DNA from: Trichinella spiralis | Lineage: Eukaryota | Direction of reading: 5' to 3' | Assembly (NCBI RefSeq): GCF_000181795.1 | Contig: NW_003526946.1 | Location: 171,557-235,556 of the forward strand | DNA length: 64,000 nucleotides | In this document: positions 1-13,302 of the stretch, piece after piece | How positions within the stretch are numbered: position 1 is the stretch's first letter | Layout: every line of letters starts with the position of its first letter | Program-made: the position numbers and the translations under genes | The notes under the pieces: model-generated | The model's database searches: none | What the model saw: the letters and a program-made list of their open reading frames with translations, nothing else | What the model was told of the DNA's origin: nothing

Positions 1-645
1 TTTGTTTTTCTTTTAATAATTGATATGTTCTTTTTTGACAATTGTCGATGGACAAATTTTTCCATCAAGCCGGTAGCGATGGGCGATTACCGTGCCGATC
101 ACCCGGAGGAAACGCGAACGCCCTTAAACTTGTTTACAGAAATTACAGTTTTGTTTAGCACCGGGAATTTAGGTTGATTTGTAGTTGGCCGCGCAGGCGA
201 CAGTTTTGTCAAGTTAGACATCAATCTTGACCAAGTGGAGAAATTCCCTCAGAATGATGAAAAATTTTCATGTGACCTCATATTCGAGGTCACGCTAAAG
301 TGAACCTCTCTTACGTGCATACATGTACATATAAATATATATATATATATGTATAGACGTATAAGTTTATGTATATGCGCCTAAGGTTGGGACGATAGTT
401 TTTGTCAGTCGCTTTTCAGAAATGCTAACTGAAGAGCATGGCAAAGTGTAAACACGTCGCATGTGTCGTAAATCTCGAGTTTCTAGTCTGAACTAATTTT
501 TCAAACGTTCCCCTTTTATGCTTATGAGAAGAAATGCATTGCGCGTTTGGTGTAGTTGGAATATTTTTGTTTTCTCACATATGAAAATAACTAGTAATAA
601 TTGAAAAAGAAAAAAAAATTTTTTTCCTTCAAACTCATTTTACAA

Positions 646-2065
646 GCAACTCAAATATAGCTTGCTCGGGCTTTTTTCAGTTTAAAATAAATTGTTGCAA
701 ATGATCAAATCAACATTGTAACTTTTATTTTTCATTTCATTTTTTGAAATTGCTTTTTACAGGAAGTTTCATTTCATTTTCACTCTTTCTCCCTGTTTGC
801 GTCTGGAGAACAGTTCCTTTTGCTGCTAGCTTTTCAAATGATTGTATTGTTTGGTTTGCAAGCGATCATGATAAGAAAATCAAAAGCAACATTGCTTCAG
901 CTGGACTGTGAAAGCTTGCAAGCTTCTTTGTTGTCAGTTTTATTACTGGCATTGATAAGAGTTTGCATTTTTTTCCCCTTTTTCAATTTCACTGTGCTCC
1001 CTGTGAAACGGCATGAATCACGCGTATCCCATTGTAAGCTTTTGCAACTGCATTGTTTATTGATGGTGAATTGTACGCTTTTTTCCATTTGAAAAAACAT
1101 TTCAAACACAGACAAGCTTGAGCTGATGTGTTTGCTGTCTGGAAACAATGCAAAAAAGCATGTGAAAAAATATCCTCAACTTCGAATGAAACACTTGTCG
1201 AATGTTTTCAATTTAGCTAGCACAAAGTTTGTCAGTGTGAGTTTTTTTTTCGCTGCCAACAGTTTTCATTTTTCCTGTTTCATTTTCACACGATACAAGC
1301 TGAATAATTTTCAAATTTTGTCAACAACAACAGTAGATCAGTGTGTCGTTNNNNNNNNNNGCAACTCAAATATAGCTTGCTCGGGCTTTTTTCAGTTTAA
1401 AATAAATTGTTGCAAATGATCAAATCAACATTGTAACTTTTATTTTTCATTTCATTTTTTGAAATTGCTTTTTACAGGAAGTTTCATTTCATTTTCACTC
1501 TTTCTCCCTGTTTGCGTCTGGAGAACAGTTCCTTTTGCTGCTAGCTTTTCAAATGATTGTATTGTTTGGTTTGCAAGCGATCATGATAAGAAAATCAAAA
1601 GCAACATTGCTTCAGCTGGACTGTGAAAGCTTGCAAGCTTCTTTGTTGTCAGTTTTATTACTGGCATTGATAAGAGTTTGCATTTTTTTCCCCTTTTTCA
1701 ATTTCACTGTGCTCCCTGTGAAACGGCATGAATCACGCGTATCCCATTGTAAGCTTTTGCAACTGCATTGTTTATTGATGGTGAATTGTACGCTTTTTTC
1801 CATTTGAAAAAACATTTCAAACACAGACAAGCTTGAGCTGATGTGTTTGCTGTCTGGAAACAATGCAAAAAAGCATGTGAAAAAATATCCTCAACTTCGA
1901 ATGAAACACTTGTCGAATGTTTTCAATTTAGCTAGCACAAAGTTTGTCAGTGTGAGTTTTTTTTTCGCTGCCAACAGTTTTCATTTTTCCTGTTTCATTT
2001 TCACACGATACAAGCTGAATAATTTTCAAATTTTGTCAACAACAACAGTAGATCAGTGTGTCGTT
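646..2065. repeat. Direct duplication of about 705 bp (646-1350 = 1361-2065) across a 10-N gap; probable assembly artefact
   Basis: The sequence starting gcaactcaaatatag recurs 715 bp later. The ORF track shows identical ORFs at 820 and 1535. Confidence 0.9.
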
Positions 2066-2557
2066 AGGTGGGTTCGATAAATATGCGCATACTTTGCTGA
2101 CAAGCTTGCAACATTTAATCTACTCATTGCACTGTCCGTGTGTGCGTATGTCGGCAAGAAATTGACGACAGTTATTGAAGGTGGGGTTTTGTTTATTTTC
2201 ACTCAGTTGACAAACAAAGCAAAAAAATAAGTATGAAAAAACAACGAGCACCTAGAGTTGACTTGTCCGTTATGTCAAATTTGTGAAACGTGCTTTTTCT
2301 CTCCAAAGTCAGGCCAATTTTATTCATTTTAACCGCCAATTTTATACGGCTCGTTGGCAAAATTAAGAAATTGCTCAAACCGGCTGCGCAATCAAGCGCA
2401 ACAGCCCGAAGCGCGTTCCGCGTCAAGTGACAATGAACAGTTTCTTACTTTTTCAGCAATTATTCATTTATTTTAAAAAATGTTTTTCTCTTCTCAATCA
2501 ATTAATCAATTTTTCAATGATCAGCATATATATATTTTGTGAATTTAATTTATTAAG

Positions 2558-3142
2558 ATTTTTACAAACCGTATGCATGTCAGCATACAAATTGCAACAA
2601 GCGTTTTGCGAACAAATTTCTGTTGAAAAAACACGAATTTATCCACACCGGCGAACGTCCACATCAATGTCCGTACTGTTGCAAGAGGTAATTGCACCAT
2701 TAATTATTGGACACATTTTGTGTATAAATTTCATATCTATAATTGCTTTTGAAATAGATTCAATCGAAAGGATAACTTGTTGAGACACAAGAAAACGCAC
2801 GAATCGAACAGTGTCATGATGAAACAACGTTCGAATCGTATTTTCGATTCTGGCGAATCGATGTCGCCCGTTGACGACAGTAACCTCAAGACACTGGACC
2901 AGTTTGCCAACGACCCGTCTCCCCCGGGCAGTTGTGATCATGAACGATTCAGTGCGGCGGCTGGGGATGCGACAAACACGAAACTGAACGAAAATGAAGA
3001 AAACAAGCAAATAACTACTACTACTACTACTTTGACCCCCAATTTGCTGGATATTAATACCAGCACTGCCCAGACAGCAGCAGCAGCGGAAACGGAAACA
3101 CAAATCTCGCAGGGTACCTGCGGTGTTACTGTATCCCACTGA
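2558..3142 (+). CDS. C2H2 zinc-finger protein, last two exons (2558-2687, 2758-3142); 5' exons not defined
   Basis: The spliced translation [57 protein letters not shown] gives two C2H2 fingers with a TGERP linker. The GT-AG intron at 2688-2757 keeps frame, and a Thr/Ala-rich tail follows. Confidence 0.9.
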
Positions 3143-6100
3143 TTCTTCAACTGTTTCATTCATCTGTTGATCACAACAACATCTACTGCAGTATATACAC
3201 GCTGACATTTCTTTTGGTTTTTATTTTCATTTTTCTCATTGCTTGCTTTGCCGTGTCCCAATGCTTTTCTTCGCTTTTTATTTTCTGTCATTCAGAAAAA
3301 TTCTTAATTGCAATGTTATGCATTTTCCATTTCATGATTTTCTTTCTGTTCGAGAATTCTTATTTGTTTGTTTGTATACGTCAAGTGCGCATTTTTGCAA
3401 GCTTACATGTGCCGTCGGTTTTGTGCCGCATTTTCCGCTTATTATTCTTTTTCTATTTTACGCGTAGCTTTTTCATCCGTGGCTCCAGTCGATGACCGGT
3501 TAAAGCGCCTCTTGCCATGCTCTAAAACTCGGTTACTCGACGATGATCGATTATTTTCAATGTGGTTCTATTCCGTTGATTAGTGTCTATTTGCCAGTGT
3601 GCCGTTTTAACGCTGTAGCCATTTTTTAAATTTTATTCTAAATTTCATATTATTTTTTTATTTTGCGCGCTTCGAGCGCCCTCTTGCTGTGCCAGTTGAC
3701 GCGGAAAATAGCTGACTACTACATAGATTATGAAAACATTGATGAAAAATATGCTGATTTTATTTTGATTTTTTTGTTTATTGTCAAATTTTCTTTTATT
3801 ATTAATATTATTTTCTAACTTGACTGTATTTCCGCGTTTTGCTTTTCTTTTCAGGGATTCTATGTTGAATGGTGCGCTTTGTGTGGTTGAAAATAATAAA
3901 ACTTGCAAATGGAAAATTTTTCTGACACTGCGCCCAACGCTGTTTACAATTAAAATGCACATTTTGAATTTTAGATCTTAACTACCGTATATAATTCAGC
4001 CTGGCACTGACGGCAAACCAACACTGCATACTGTTGCTGAATAATCAGCGTTGAACTTTACCAACGTTACAAGAAACGTTTTCCAGAGCCCCCTCAGAAT
4101 AAGAAAAAGAAAAATAGCAAAAAAATATCTGAAATTTAAACTTGCATTTTCCTTATCATTTCAATTATACCTGACAGTTTGCTGACTAGGATAGAAAATG
4201 CTAATACAGACAATTGATTTTGAATAAAAAGAACAAAACAAAAATCACCCCACCCCACATACACACGTTATTCATAATGTAGCACGTCTGTTAAACTGAA
4301 AATAACATAAAAAAGAATGACAAAAAACCCGATACAAAAACCAACCTCGCCAGCCAAACTGCTTCACACTGATAAGCTGCAAGCAGAAAGAAGAAAAAGC
4401 TGTTTTCAATGTTGCAACAATTTGTGATTTGAAAATTTGAAAGCAATGTCAAATTTCATTCAACTGCCACTTTTTCAATTGAACACTTTCCTGAGATTAT
4501 TTAAATTTTTATTAAACTTTTCAATAGGCAATTTTTACTGCAGTTGCTTCTATTTCAAAAAGACAAACAGAAAGCAGCTACGCTGTGCCGAACAATTTAC
4601 ACAAATTGTTCACCTTTCTTCACCCAAAGATCTTCTAAAAAATTGTTTCCGAAACAAAATCTTCATGCGATATTATTGAAAGTAAAACTGCAATTTTAAT
4701 ACTCTGAAAAAGGTGGTCTTTTTGCTAACATATTAGCAATATTATAATTTTCTTATGAAACGGCAATATAGATTAATAAAAGTATTTAATAAACAGTAAT
4801 TATTGTTATACTATGCTGAAATGATACCATACTAAATTAAATTACTCGTTTAATATTTTTTTAAAATAAAATATACTGACGTGCAAATGGTATTTGTGTC
4901 ACACTCAATATTGAAAACAAGTAATTTATTAAAATTCCAATCAACAACTTATCTACAATGACTTGAATTAAAACTGATCTCGATTGCAATCATTGTGCAG
5001 TAACGTTGAAAGTCAAAGAAAAATTCTTTAAAAAATCAAGTACAGAAAATGTTTTTAACTTTAAAACTGTTCGCAGGTATATTTTCTTTTTATTAAAACA
5101 TTTAAAATTTGATTTGAAAACTACAAATATGTCATATCGATCAGAAAGTAAAAAAATTTCATTTATTCAGTTTTACAATTATAACAATACTATTGTAGAG
5201 TTTGAGTGGAATTCATTAAAAAATACTTCAATAAAAAATATTATTATTCATTTGCATTGAATGTAAAATAGAAAAAGTTATAGAGGACTACTGAAGTTAC
5301 AGTTAAAGTAGTAGAGTTATAGTATGTTTAATAATAACATAGTACTATATGTTAATGCATACATCTACAATTAGTATATTGAAATACTGGGAAAAACAAA
5401 GAAAGAGAAAAAAATATAAGCATCACTCAATAGGAAATATCTTTCCAATGTTTCGAATGATAGTGATACTGGTCATGCTATAATATTTCGTAGTTAGAGT
5501 GCTTTATCCTTTTACTAATAACACAAACACAACTGAACACACGCTAACTTAGTGTTTCCACATTACAGTAGCCATATCAACTGAATTCACAAATACATTT
5601 TTCTAATTTCCTTAACATGTGTCTCACATCATGTTCACACAAAGTAGGAGCAGTGCCATACCACGAATATATAAATAATAAAATAACAATATGACAAAAA
5701 TAATTTGACACAACACATGGATGTAAGCATGAAACAGTTTTATTATACATTTCATGTTATCGTATTGTGTGGCTAAAAGAGAAGATAATCACACAAATGT
5801 AATGATGCGCTGGCTTCTTTACTTTTTATCAGGCAATAATTGACTCCTTTATGCCAGACCACTTTTCTATTTCATTGTCCTCAAGTATGGTGCACTGAAT
5901 TTTTGAGTTGGACTTGACGGATGTCGAATATTTGAATGTGACAACTGATTGTAAAAATTAAGTGTAATGTAGACTTCATGTCAGTGGTGGATCAATTTGG
6001 AAAGTACGCTTTCAGCCATTTTTGAGTATGTGTCCTAATTCAATCTTCTGTTTTATGATGAACTTTCCTAATTGCCAAATTGACTTTTTCTGTTGTTAAC

Positions 6101-7787
6101 TTTCATTCTTTCTTTGTTTATAATATTTTATTCTTTTCTGCTCATTGTTTGCATTTATGACTGCAGATTTTTATCGTGATCAAGATCTTCATAATATTAT
6201 ACTATGTAAAGTGTTTGTAAATATTTGGACCTTATGGTCATTTTGAGGACGATTCCAAGATCACTAACATGCAGTCGTTACCTTTGTTAGTTTACCATTG
6301 TTGACTGTGACCCAATGAAATGGATTTTCCGTGATCAGATTTGTCAGATTTCAAAAGTGGCTTCTTTGATGCGCAACGTCGACAATACGTTCGATGCTGC
6401 TGAGCAAAGATAACAAATAAAATCTATTTAAAATTTCAAAGTTTCATTTTATTACTAAATGCCCTGATGTAAGAGCACTGTACCTTTGTACTAGCATTTT
6501 GTTATGCAGCGTATTTTGCCAGGAGTATTACTTGATATTCCTGCCAGCAAAAATGACAGCATTTTCACAAGTCGCCAATCAACTTTAATCGTGAAGATTG
6601 GTTGAGCAGTTGCCTAACGACGGCTTTTGTTAAGAAAGCTTATTCACATATATAAGATAAACGGTCAAATGATGTTGTGGATGATCTACAAATTATTCGT
6701 AATGGTACCTGGTTTATGAAAATATAGTTACTGCCAGTGCCATAAACATATACAAATCGCCATAAATTTTACAAAAATTCCAACTATGCCACCCCAAACA
6801 AAAAATGCTTGGTTCCTGGAACAATCTCTGCTTTACACGTGTCCACTGTCGTGGGTTCTGTAAAGCAGTACTTTTGAATTCTGAAAGGAAACTACTTTAG
6901 CATGACCTAATTTTCTTCATAAAATTTCTATTTTATTTGGCGTTGTTGTTGCTTCTAATCTATGTCAAATTAGCATAGGCTATTTCCTCGAGATGTATGC
7001 CATTGGTTATTCTAAGTTCTCTACTTTTTGAAATGGAAACTACAGCTCTCTCAGTAACATTTCTGTTGAAGTTGATTGACAGTATGGTTGATGTAGACTG
7101 CTTTCTCAACAATATACCCAAAATGATGTGGGAATTCGATTGAAAGTTCTTCTATGATAAAGTTACTTTAATGAATTACTGACTTAGCGTTGTAATTTTA
7201 AATTCCATTATATTATGTCTGTGCATCAAATATGAATGATTGGTTCAGTTTCACTTCGACTTTAAAAAAATTTTTCCACAGATCACATATGTTCATAATA
7301 TTTCCAATATATAAATAAAGCAATTGCACTATTTCTTTGCAGTTACTTAAATCAGTAAAACTCAAGTTTCAAAATTTTTTTTAGTAAGTCATGATCCAAA
7401 TGCCAAATATATAAAGAAGTTCCATTATCTTTGACTAATCTCCTGTTCCATCTCAGTACAACCGAAGTACATAAGTATCCGCTGATATACAAATCAAACT
7501 CTCTCTGTCGAAAGTGTGCCATCAGTTACCTTGTTATAAATAGATAAAACTGGTCATATTTATTGTAACAAATCAGGACATTGCAGATCAAAAAGAAGAC
7601 GGCATAAGAAATGAGAAAGATCGACGCTAGTAGTCTCAATACATGGCATGCGTGTGTGTGTGTGTGTGCAAAGCGGTACTTTTATATATGTATGATCATC
7701 TTCAAATTGAATATCATCTACATTAATAGGTTCTATTAAATCATCACGAAGCATATTATAAATGTTTTTCTGATTAGATGACAAGTA

Positions 7788-8830
7788 TGTTAGGTAAGAG
7801 TCAAGTTAGGAAACAAGCTCTAACTGGTTGGAGAAGTCAGAAGCTGGTGCAAAGATCAAATTTGCAAGAAATCGGCTTCTGTTAACGTCTTCTTGACAAA
7901 TGGGAAACACCATAACCACTTCACCACTATCATAAAATATATCAGGAAACAATTGCAGAAGAAGAGAACATTTAATGACAAAAAATGATTTTGCTATATT
8001 TAACAATAGTATATATATATATGTTATGACAAATGAGAACAACCTGCTAGGAAACGGACAAATTTTAACATTTGCCTTTGACAAATGTCGCCAACAGTTA
8101 GTCTTTCGAGCCAGAATCAGACCGACGCCTTATTGATTGAGAACGAGTGTCTACCAGACTGAAGTGATCCTTACATAAAGGTCGATACGCTTGTGAACAA
8201 GCTGGAATCAAGGAAGGTGAGACTATATATTATTGTCAAAAAGTTGCTTCATTTATGTGAAACAGAGAAAGAGAGAAATTCAAGAGACATTCAGCTGAAG
8301 CTCGAGAAGTTGGAGACTTTCCTCAAGAATGTCTTGGAACTGAAAATCCAACTGGAAGAAGAGCTAAGAGGCAAAGCGCAAGTTGAAGGGATGCAACAGT
8401 GGGTTGCGCTCGAAAGAATATCAACGCCGCATGATTTGTTGCCGTGAGAAAAGAATGGTGGCATAAACTTGCTCATTTTAAATGATCAGCTGCCAAGGAT
8501 CGCGATGCTTCCTTCTGCCCTGCCTCGCAAAAGGCGGATAAAAAAACATAGCCAGGGAGAGTGTGAAAAAAGTCTTACAGTGCAACCCAGGTAAGTCGAC
8601 TTTCAGATATTGATGGTCACCTAAAATATGTCCCCTCTGCTGAGCAGGGCACCCGCTCGACTCTTGTGAGCTTTTCTCATCAGTTGATGCAAAGTGGAGG
8701 AAGAAGATCCTTCAACGAATTAACGTGTGCTTTGGATGTTTCGCCGTTAGTCAAATCGCATGGAAATGTCGGAAGGAGAAGCAATGCCTAGTCAATGACT
8801 GTGGAATCACCATGAGCTACTCCATGGGAC
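7788..8830 (+). mobile_element. Decayed BEL/Pao LTR retrotransposon: putative 5' LTR, PBS and gag remnants
   Basis: A TGTT...AACA segment (7788-8096) is followed by tagtctttcgagccagaatc, resembling the tRNA-Tyr PBS TGGTCCTTCGAGCCGG. A coiled-coil ORF lies at 8193-8447. Broken Cys/His knuckles at about 8625-8815 read CPLC*AGHPLDSC...CFGC...C...C..DC. Confidence 0.7.
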
Positions 8831-8869
8831 GAGGGAAATCAGCATATGTTAAAATAGTGCATATTCCAT

Positions 8870-9410
8870 ACATAATAACAATGAAATTTAACAAATTTAT
8901 TTTAATAAGCTGCTTGCAGACCCCTTATTTCTTATGTCTTATTATAAGTAAATAGACAGCAGGATGCAAAATGCTATTCCTATTGCAAAATCTCTAATGA
9001 AAAATATTTGTATATTAATTTTCGATCAAAAAATGAAGCATTTACTTTATCTTCAAAAATGCTCTTCACTTTACGCTGCACTGCATTACTTTAAAATATA
9101 AAGTGCCGTGGACAACTTTAAAATTCTCACTGCATGCAACAATTTAAACAATGTAAAATCATTAAAGTTTAAACAATACTTTTTGCTATCAAATACTTTG
9201 TGCAGAATTCATTATATTGGTAGCTTCTGCGCTTGCGATAGGCGACGCTTACTTCAAGCTGTTTCAAGGTATGTGCTTCTTTAATAATTCATTTTAAGTA
9301 AAAATATTTATATAAAAACATTATGCAAATATCTTCACAAAGTTGCACTAAACCTTATGATACTTATCAAATGAAAAATTTAGAAATACAGACATCGTTG
9401 ATCGAAAACC
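8870..9410 (+). promoter_or_regulatory. Upstream region and 5' UTR intron of Lys/Glu-rich gene 1, homologous to the reverse complement of 29134-29760
   Basis: cactttacgctgcactgcattactttaaaatataaagtgccgtggacaactttaaaattctca aligns with rc cactttacatcacactgcattattttcaaatcaaaaggccatagacaactttaaagttctca. A candidate 5' UTR intron runs from gtatgt (about 9269) to tttag (about 9383). Confidence 0.6.
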
Positions 9411-12400
9411 ATGATTTTTGCTGTACTCCTTATACTTATCGTACTGGGATTAATATACCATTTTATAAATAAAGAAAAGCAACCTGCAGAATTGGTGGCT
9501 GGTCTGGTTGATATGTTGAAGGGAAAAAGCATCACGAAACCAGCAACATTTCAGCTTGACGAAAAGACACAGGCCGAGCGTGATGAGTCAGATTTTCAGT
9601 GTGCGACAACCGCAGCAACTGTTGAGATAATAAGTGATCAAATCAGTAAAGAACTAATTCTTAAAAAATGCACACAAGGGACAATGGACAATGAAGGAGT
9701 TGAAGAATCAAAAGAATTAATTAATGCTGATGGGATAAAAGAGACTGAAATGAAAGCAATGGCAGAAAAAAAAATAGTACTCAAAGAATTAAAAAAGAAA
9801 AACACAGGGCCACTAAAAAAGAAATTTCATTCAAAAATTAAGAAGATAAAAAAAATTTTAAAATTGAAACCAGAAACATTGGCATCACCTATTTCCAATC
9901 AAGTTCAACAAATGGAGGTAAGAAAATCAGCAGAACAACACGATGAAAAAGAATAATGTGAAAAAAAGATTAAGGAACAGAAAGTGAAAATGGAAAAAGT
10001 TGAATCCAACCATGACTTCAGAAAGCGACGTATCGAAGAAGCATCTGATACAAAAGTAAGTGATGAGATATCAGGGTTGCAGTTTCAGAATAAAACAGTA
10101 GAAACCAAGCAAGAAAAAAATGAAATGACAACAGAAGCTCAACCAAAAGCAATAACAGAAATCAGGAATGCAACGGAATTAATCAGAATGAAAGCAGCTA
10201 TAAAGGAAGAAAAGAAATCAAAGAAAAGTAAAAGAAAAGAAACAGTGGTAATACCCAAGATGAAGATTATCCCATGCAGAGATGAAATAGATGAGCAACC
10301 AGAAGTAAAAGAGTTGAAAGCGGTTATTTTCAAGGGAAGAGTTGAAGCGGCAGCGTTCACAGCAATACCTTATGAAAAAGTAGTCGATAGAGCTGCAGAA
10401 GAGGTTAAAATTCAAGATAAAAAAAAGAAGAAAAAGAAATCAAAGACAAAATCTAAATCTAAGATTAGTACAACAGATAGCAAGAAAGCCATGGCAAAAG
10501 AAGATTCAAGCCCATTAAAAGCAGAAATAAAAGCAGAACTAGAAATAAAAAAATTAAAGTATGATGGTATAGATAAAGAAATGGAAACCGAGGAAATCAA
10601 ACTCGTGGTTGAAGAAAAGATTGATGAAGAAAACGGTAAAGCTGAGGGAGATGCTGAAATTAATGATGAAAAAAAGAAGAATTCAAATAAATCGAAGAAA
10701 AGTAAAAACAAAAGTAAGAAAACTGACTTAATTCCATTAAAAGCAGAAGTGAAATCAGAACCTGAAATAAAAGAAATAATGCATAATAATAAAAATGAAG
10801 GGATGGAAACGAAGGAAGAAGCACCGAAAGCTGAGGAAAAAGTAACTGAAGAAGTCGGTAAAGCTGCGGAAGAGGTTGAAATTAAAGGTGAAAAAAAGAA
10901 GAATAATTCAAATAAAAAATCTAACTCGAAAAACAGTGAAAAAAAAGAAATAGAAGTTACGCCTCAGACTAGAAAAATACCTTCCAAAGATAACGCAGAA
11001 ATGCAACCAGTGAAAAATGAAATGAATGCGGATATAGTGAAGAGAGGAATTGAATCGGCTAAGTGCGCAGCAATCCTTCCTGAAAAAAGCTTTGAGAAAG
11101 TTGGTAAGTATGTGAAAGCGCTTGAAAATGTAGATATGAAAATGATGAAAAAGACATCCACGAAATCAACGAAAAGTGAAAAATATAGTGAAGAAATCAT
11201 TCCAAAAGATGACCTAAACCCATTAAAAGAAGAAATAAAATCAAAAACTGAAATAAAGAAATCAACGCATGATGTAGAAGAAGAAGAGATTGAAACCAAA
11301 GAACTAACACCAGTAGATGAAGAAAAGATTCCTGAAGAAGTGGATGAAGCTGAGGAAGAGGTAGAAATTAAAGATGAAGAAAGGAAGAAAAAGGAAGCAA
11401 AGGAAAAATCTGATGACATAAGGGAGACACCGGATAATATGAATGATGAAGAGATTGAAACAGAGGAATTAACACCAGTAGATGAAGAAAAAATTCCTGA
11501 AGAAGTGGATGAAGCTGTGGAAGAGGTTGCAATTAAAGATGGAAAAAAGAAAAAACAAAGATCAAAGAGGATATCTAAATCAAAGAAAAGTGGAGAAAAT
11601 AGCAAAAAGGCCACAGCGAAAGAAAATTCAAGTCCATTAAAAGCAGAAATTAAATCTGAAGATAACATAAGAAAATTAGCGGATGATATAAAGGATGAAG
11701 AGATTGAAACCAAGAAACTAACACCAGTGGTTGAGGAGAACATTCCTGAAGAAGATGGTGAAACTGAAGAAGAGATTGAAATTAAAGATGATAAGAAGAA
11801 AAGGAAATCAAAGAGGATATCTAAGTCGAAGAAAAGAAGAACAGTTAGCAAGAAAGCCAGAGCAAAAGAAGATTCAAGTCCATTAAAAGCAAAAATGAAC
11901 TTAGAATCTGAAATTAAAGTATTGAAGCCTGAAACTATGGATAAAGCAAAGGAACCGGAAGAACTAGCACCAGAGGTTGATGAAAATTTAACTAAAGATG
12001 TTGTTAAGTGTGCGAAAAAAGATGAAATTGAGGATAAGAAAAAGAAGGAAAAGAGATCCAAGAAAAAATCTAAGTCTAAGAAAAGGGAAGAGAAAGGCGC
12101 AAAGAAAGAACGGGGTCCATTAGAGAAAGACGTAAAAGCAGAAATTGAAATTAAGGAACTGAAGGAGGATATTATGAAAACAGCAATGGATGCCAAAGAG
12201 CTAACAGCAGATGTTCATGAGAAGATGGGAGATGAAGTTGTTAAACCTAAAAAGGTGTTGGAAATTGAGGTTGAGAAAAAGAAGAAAGAAAAATCGAAAA
12301 AAGACTCCAAATCAAAAAAAAGTGAAAAGAAAGAAGCAGAAGCAACGCCCAAAAAACATAAAATTCCCATCTTAGTGAAGGAAAATGTGCTGCCTGATGT

Positions 12401-13302
12401 AGAAGAATTAAACTTGAACGATATGGAAACTGCTAAAGAGCTGTCACCAGCAGTTGAAAAAAACGCACATGAAAAAGCAGCTAAGGATGGAAAAGCTAAG
12501 GTTGAAATTAAGCATGACAAAGAGAAGAAAAAACAATCCAAGAAGTCGAAGAATAGTAAAAAAGGAAGTAAACGAAGATCATCAAAGAAGAATTCTGTTC
12601 CATCAAAGAAAGAGGCTGAGAAGATTAAAGGGAAACATAAAGATGGTAATAAGTTAGTTTTTTTTCTTAGAAGCAGATTTTCTACTTGTAGTTTTAGGGA
12701 ATGTTAGGAAAAAATCAAAATCAGGAAAAAAAGTAAAAAGTAAAAAAAGTGAGAAAATGAAAAAGTTAAAGAAAATAGAGAAGGTTGCTAAAAAAGGAAG
12801 TAAACATCCTTCTCATGTCAAAGATGAAAAGAAAGATGCGAAGCCAGATAAATCTGACAGTAAGAAAAAAAAGGAAAAACAAGCAGCTCTGATGAAACAA
12901 ACAGACAATGCTGTTAAGCCATCAAGTAAAAAGATTAGTGCTAAGACAAAGAGTAGTGGGGATAAAGGTGGTAAAAGTATCGACGCTAAACCGCTGTCTA
13001 AAGAAATGAAAGCTTCGAAGAAAGTCGGCTCACCGGATGCCAAAGCTAAACCGAAAGCTGGTAGTAATAAAAAATTAAGCTCAACTAAAGGTGCCCATCC
13101 AGTTGCTGCAGAAAAGAAGAAACCGTCGCATAAAAAGCAAAAGAAGTCAAAAGGAAATAAATCTGGTAAAGATAAAATTGTCAAGAAGTCCGATAAAATG
13201 AAAAAAAAAGTGTCAGGAAAGCAGGCTTCTACAGGGAGTAAGCATCGAAAGAAGAAGCAATCAAAAAAGCATCCAAAAGGATCAAAAAGCAGTAAAAAAT
13301 AG
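9411..13302 (+). CDS. Large Lys/Glu-rich repetitive protein (about 1250 aa) with an N-terminal signal anchor and a histone-H1-like basic tail; function unknown
   Basis: Hydrophobic N-terminus MIFAVLLILIVLGLIYHF. ORFs 9411-9956 and 9984-12707 are in the same frame, separated by one TAA that lies inside a possible intron (9918-9980). A GT-AG intron at 12646-12697 joins in frame to the ORF ending at 13302. The xSPLKAEIK and EELTPVDEEKI modules repeat. Confidence 0.8.

Noticed and set aside
646..2065. Tandem duplicated ORFs of 90 and 83 aa
   Set aside because: Identical copies on either side of a 10-N gap indicate a contig overlap artefact, and the ORFs have no recognisable protein features.
2639..3208. 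189-aa minus-strand ORF
   Set aside because: It is antisense to the zinc-finger exons and crosses their intron.
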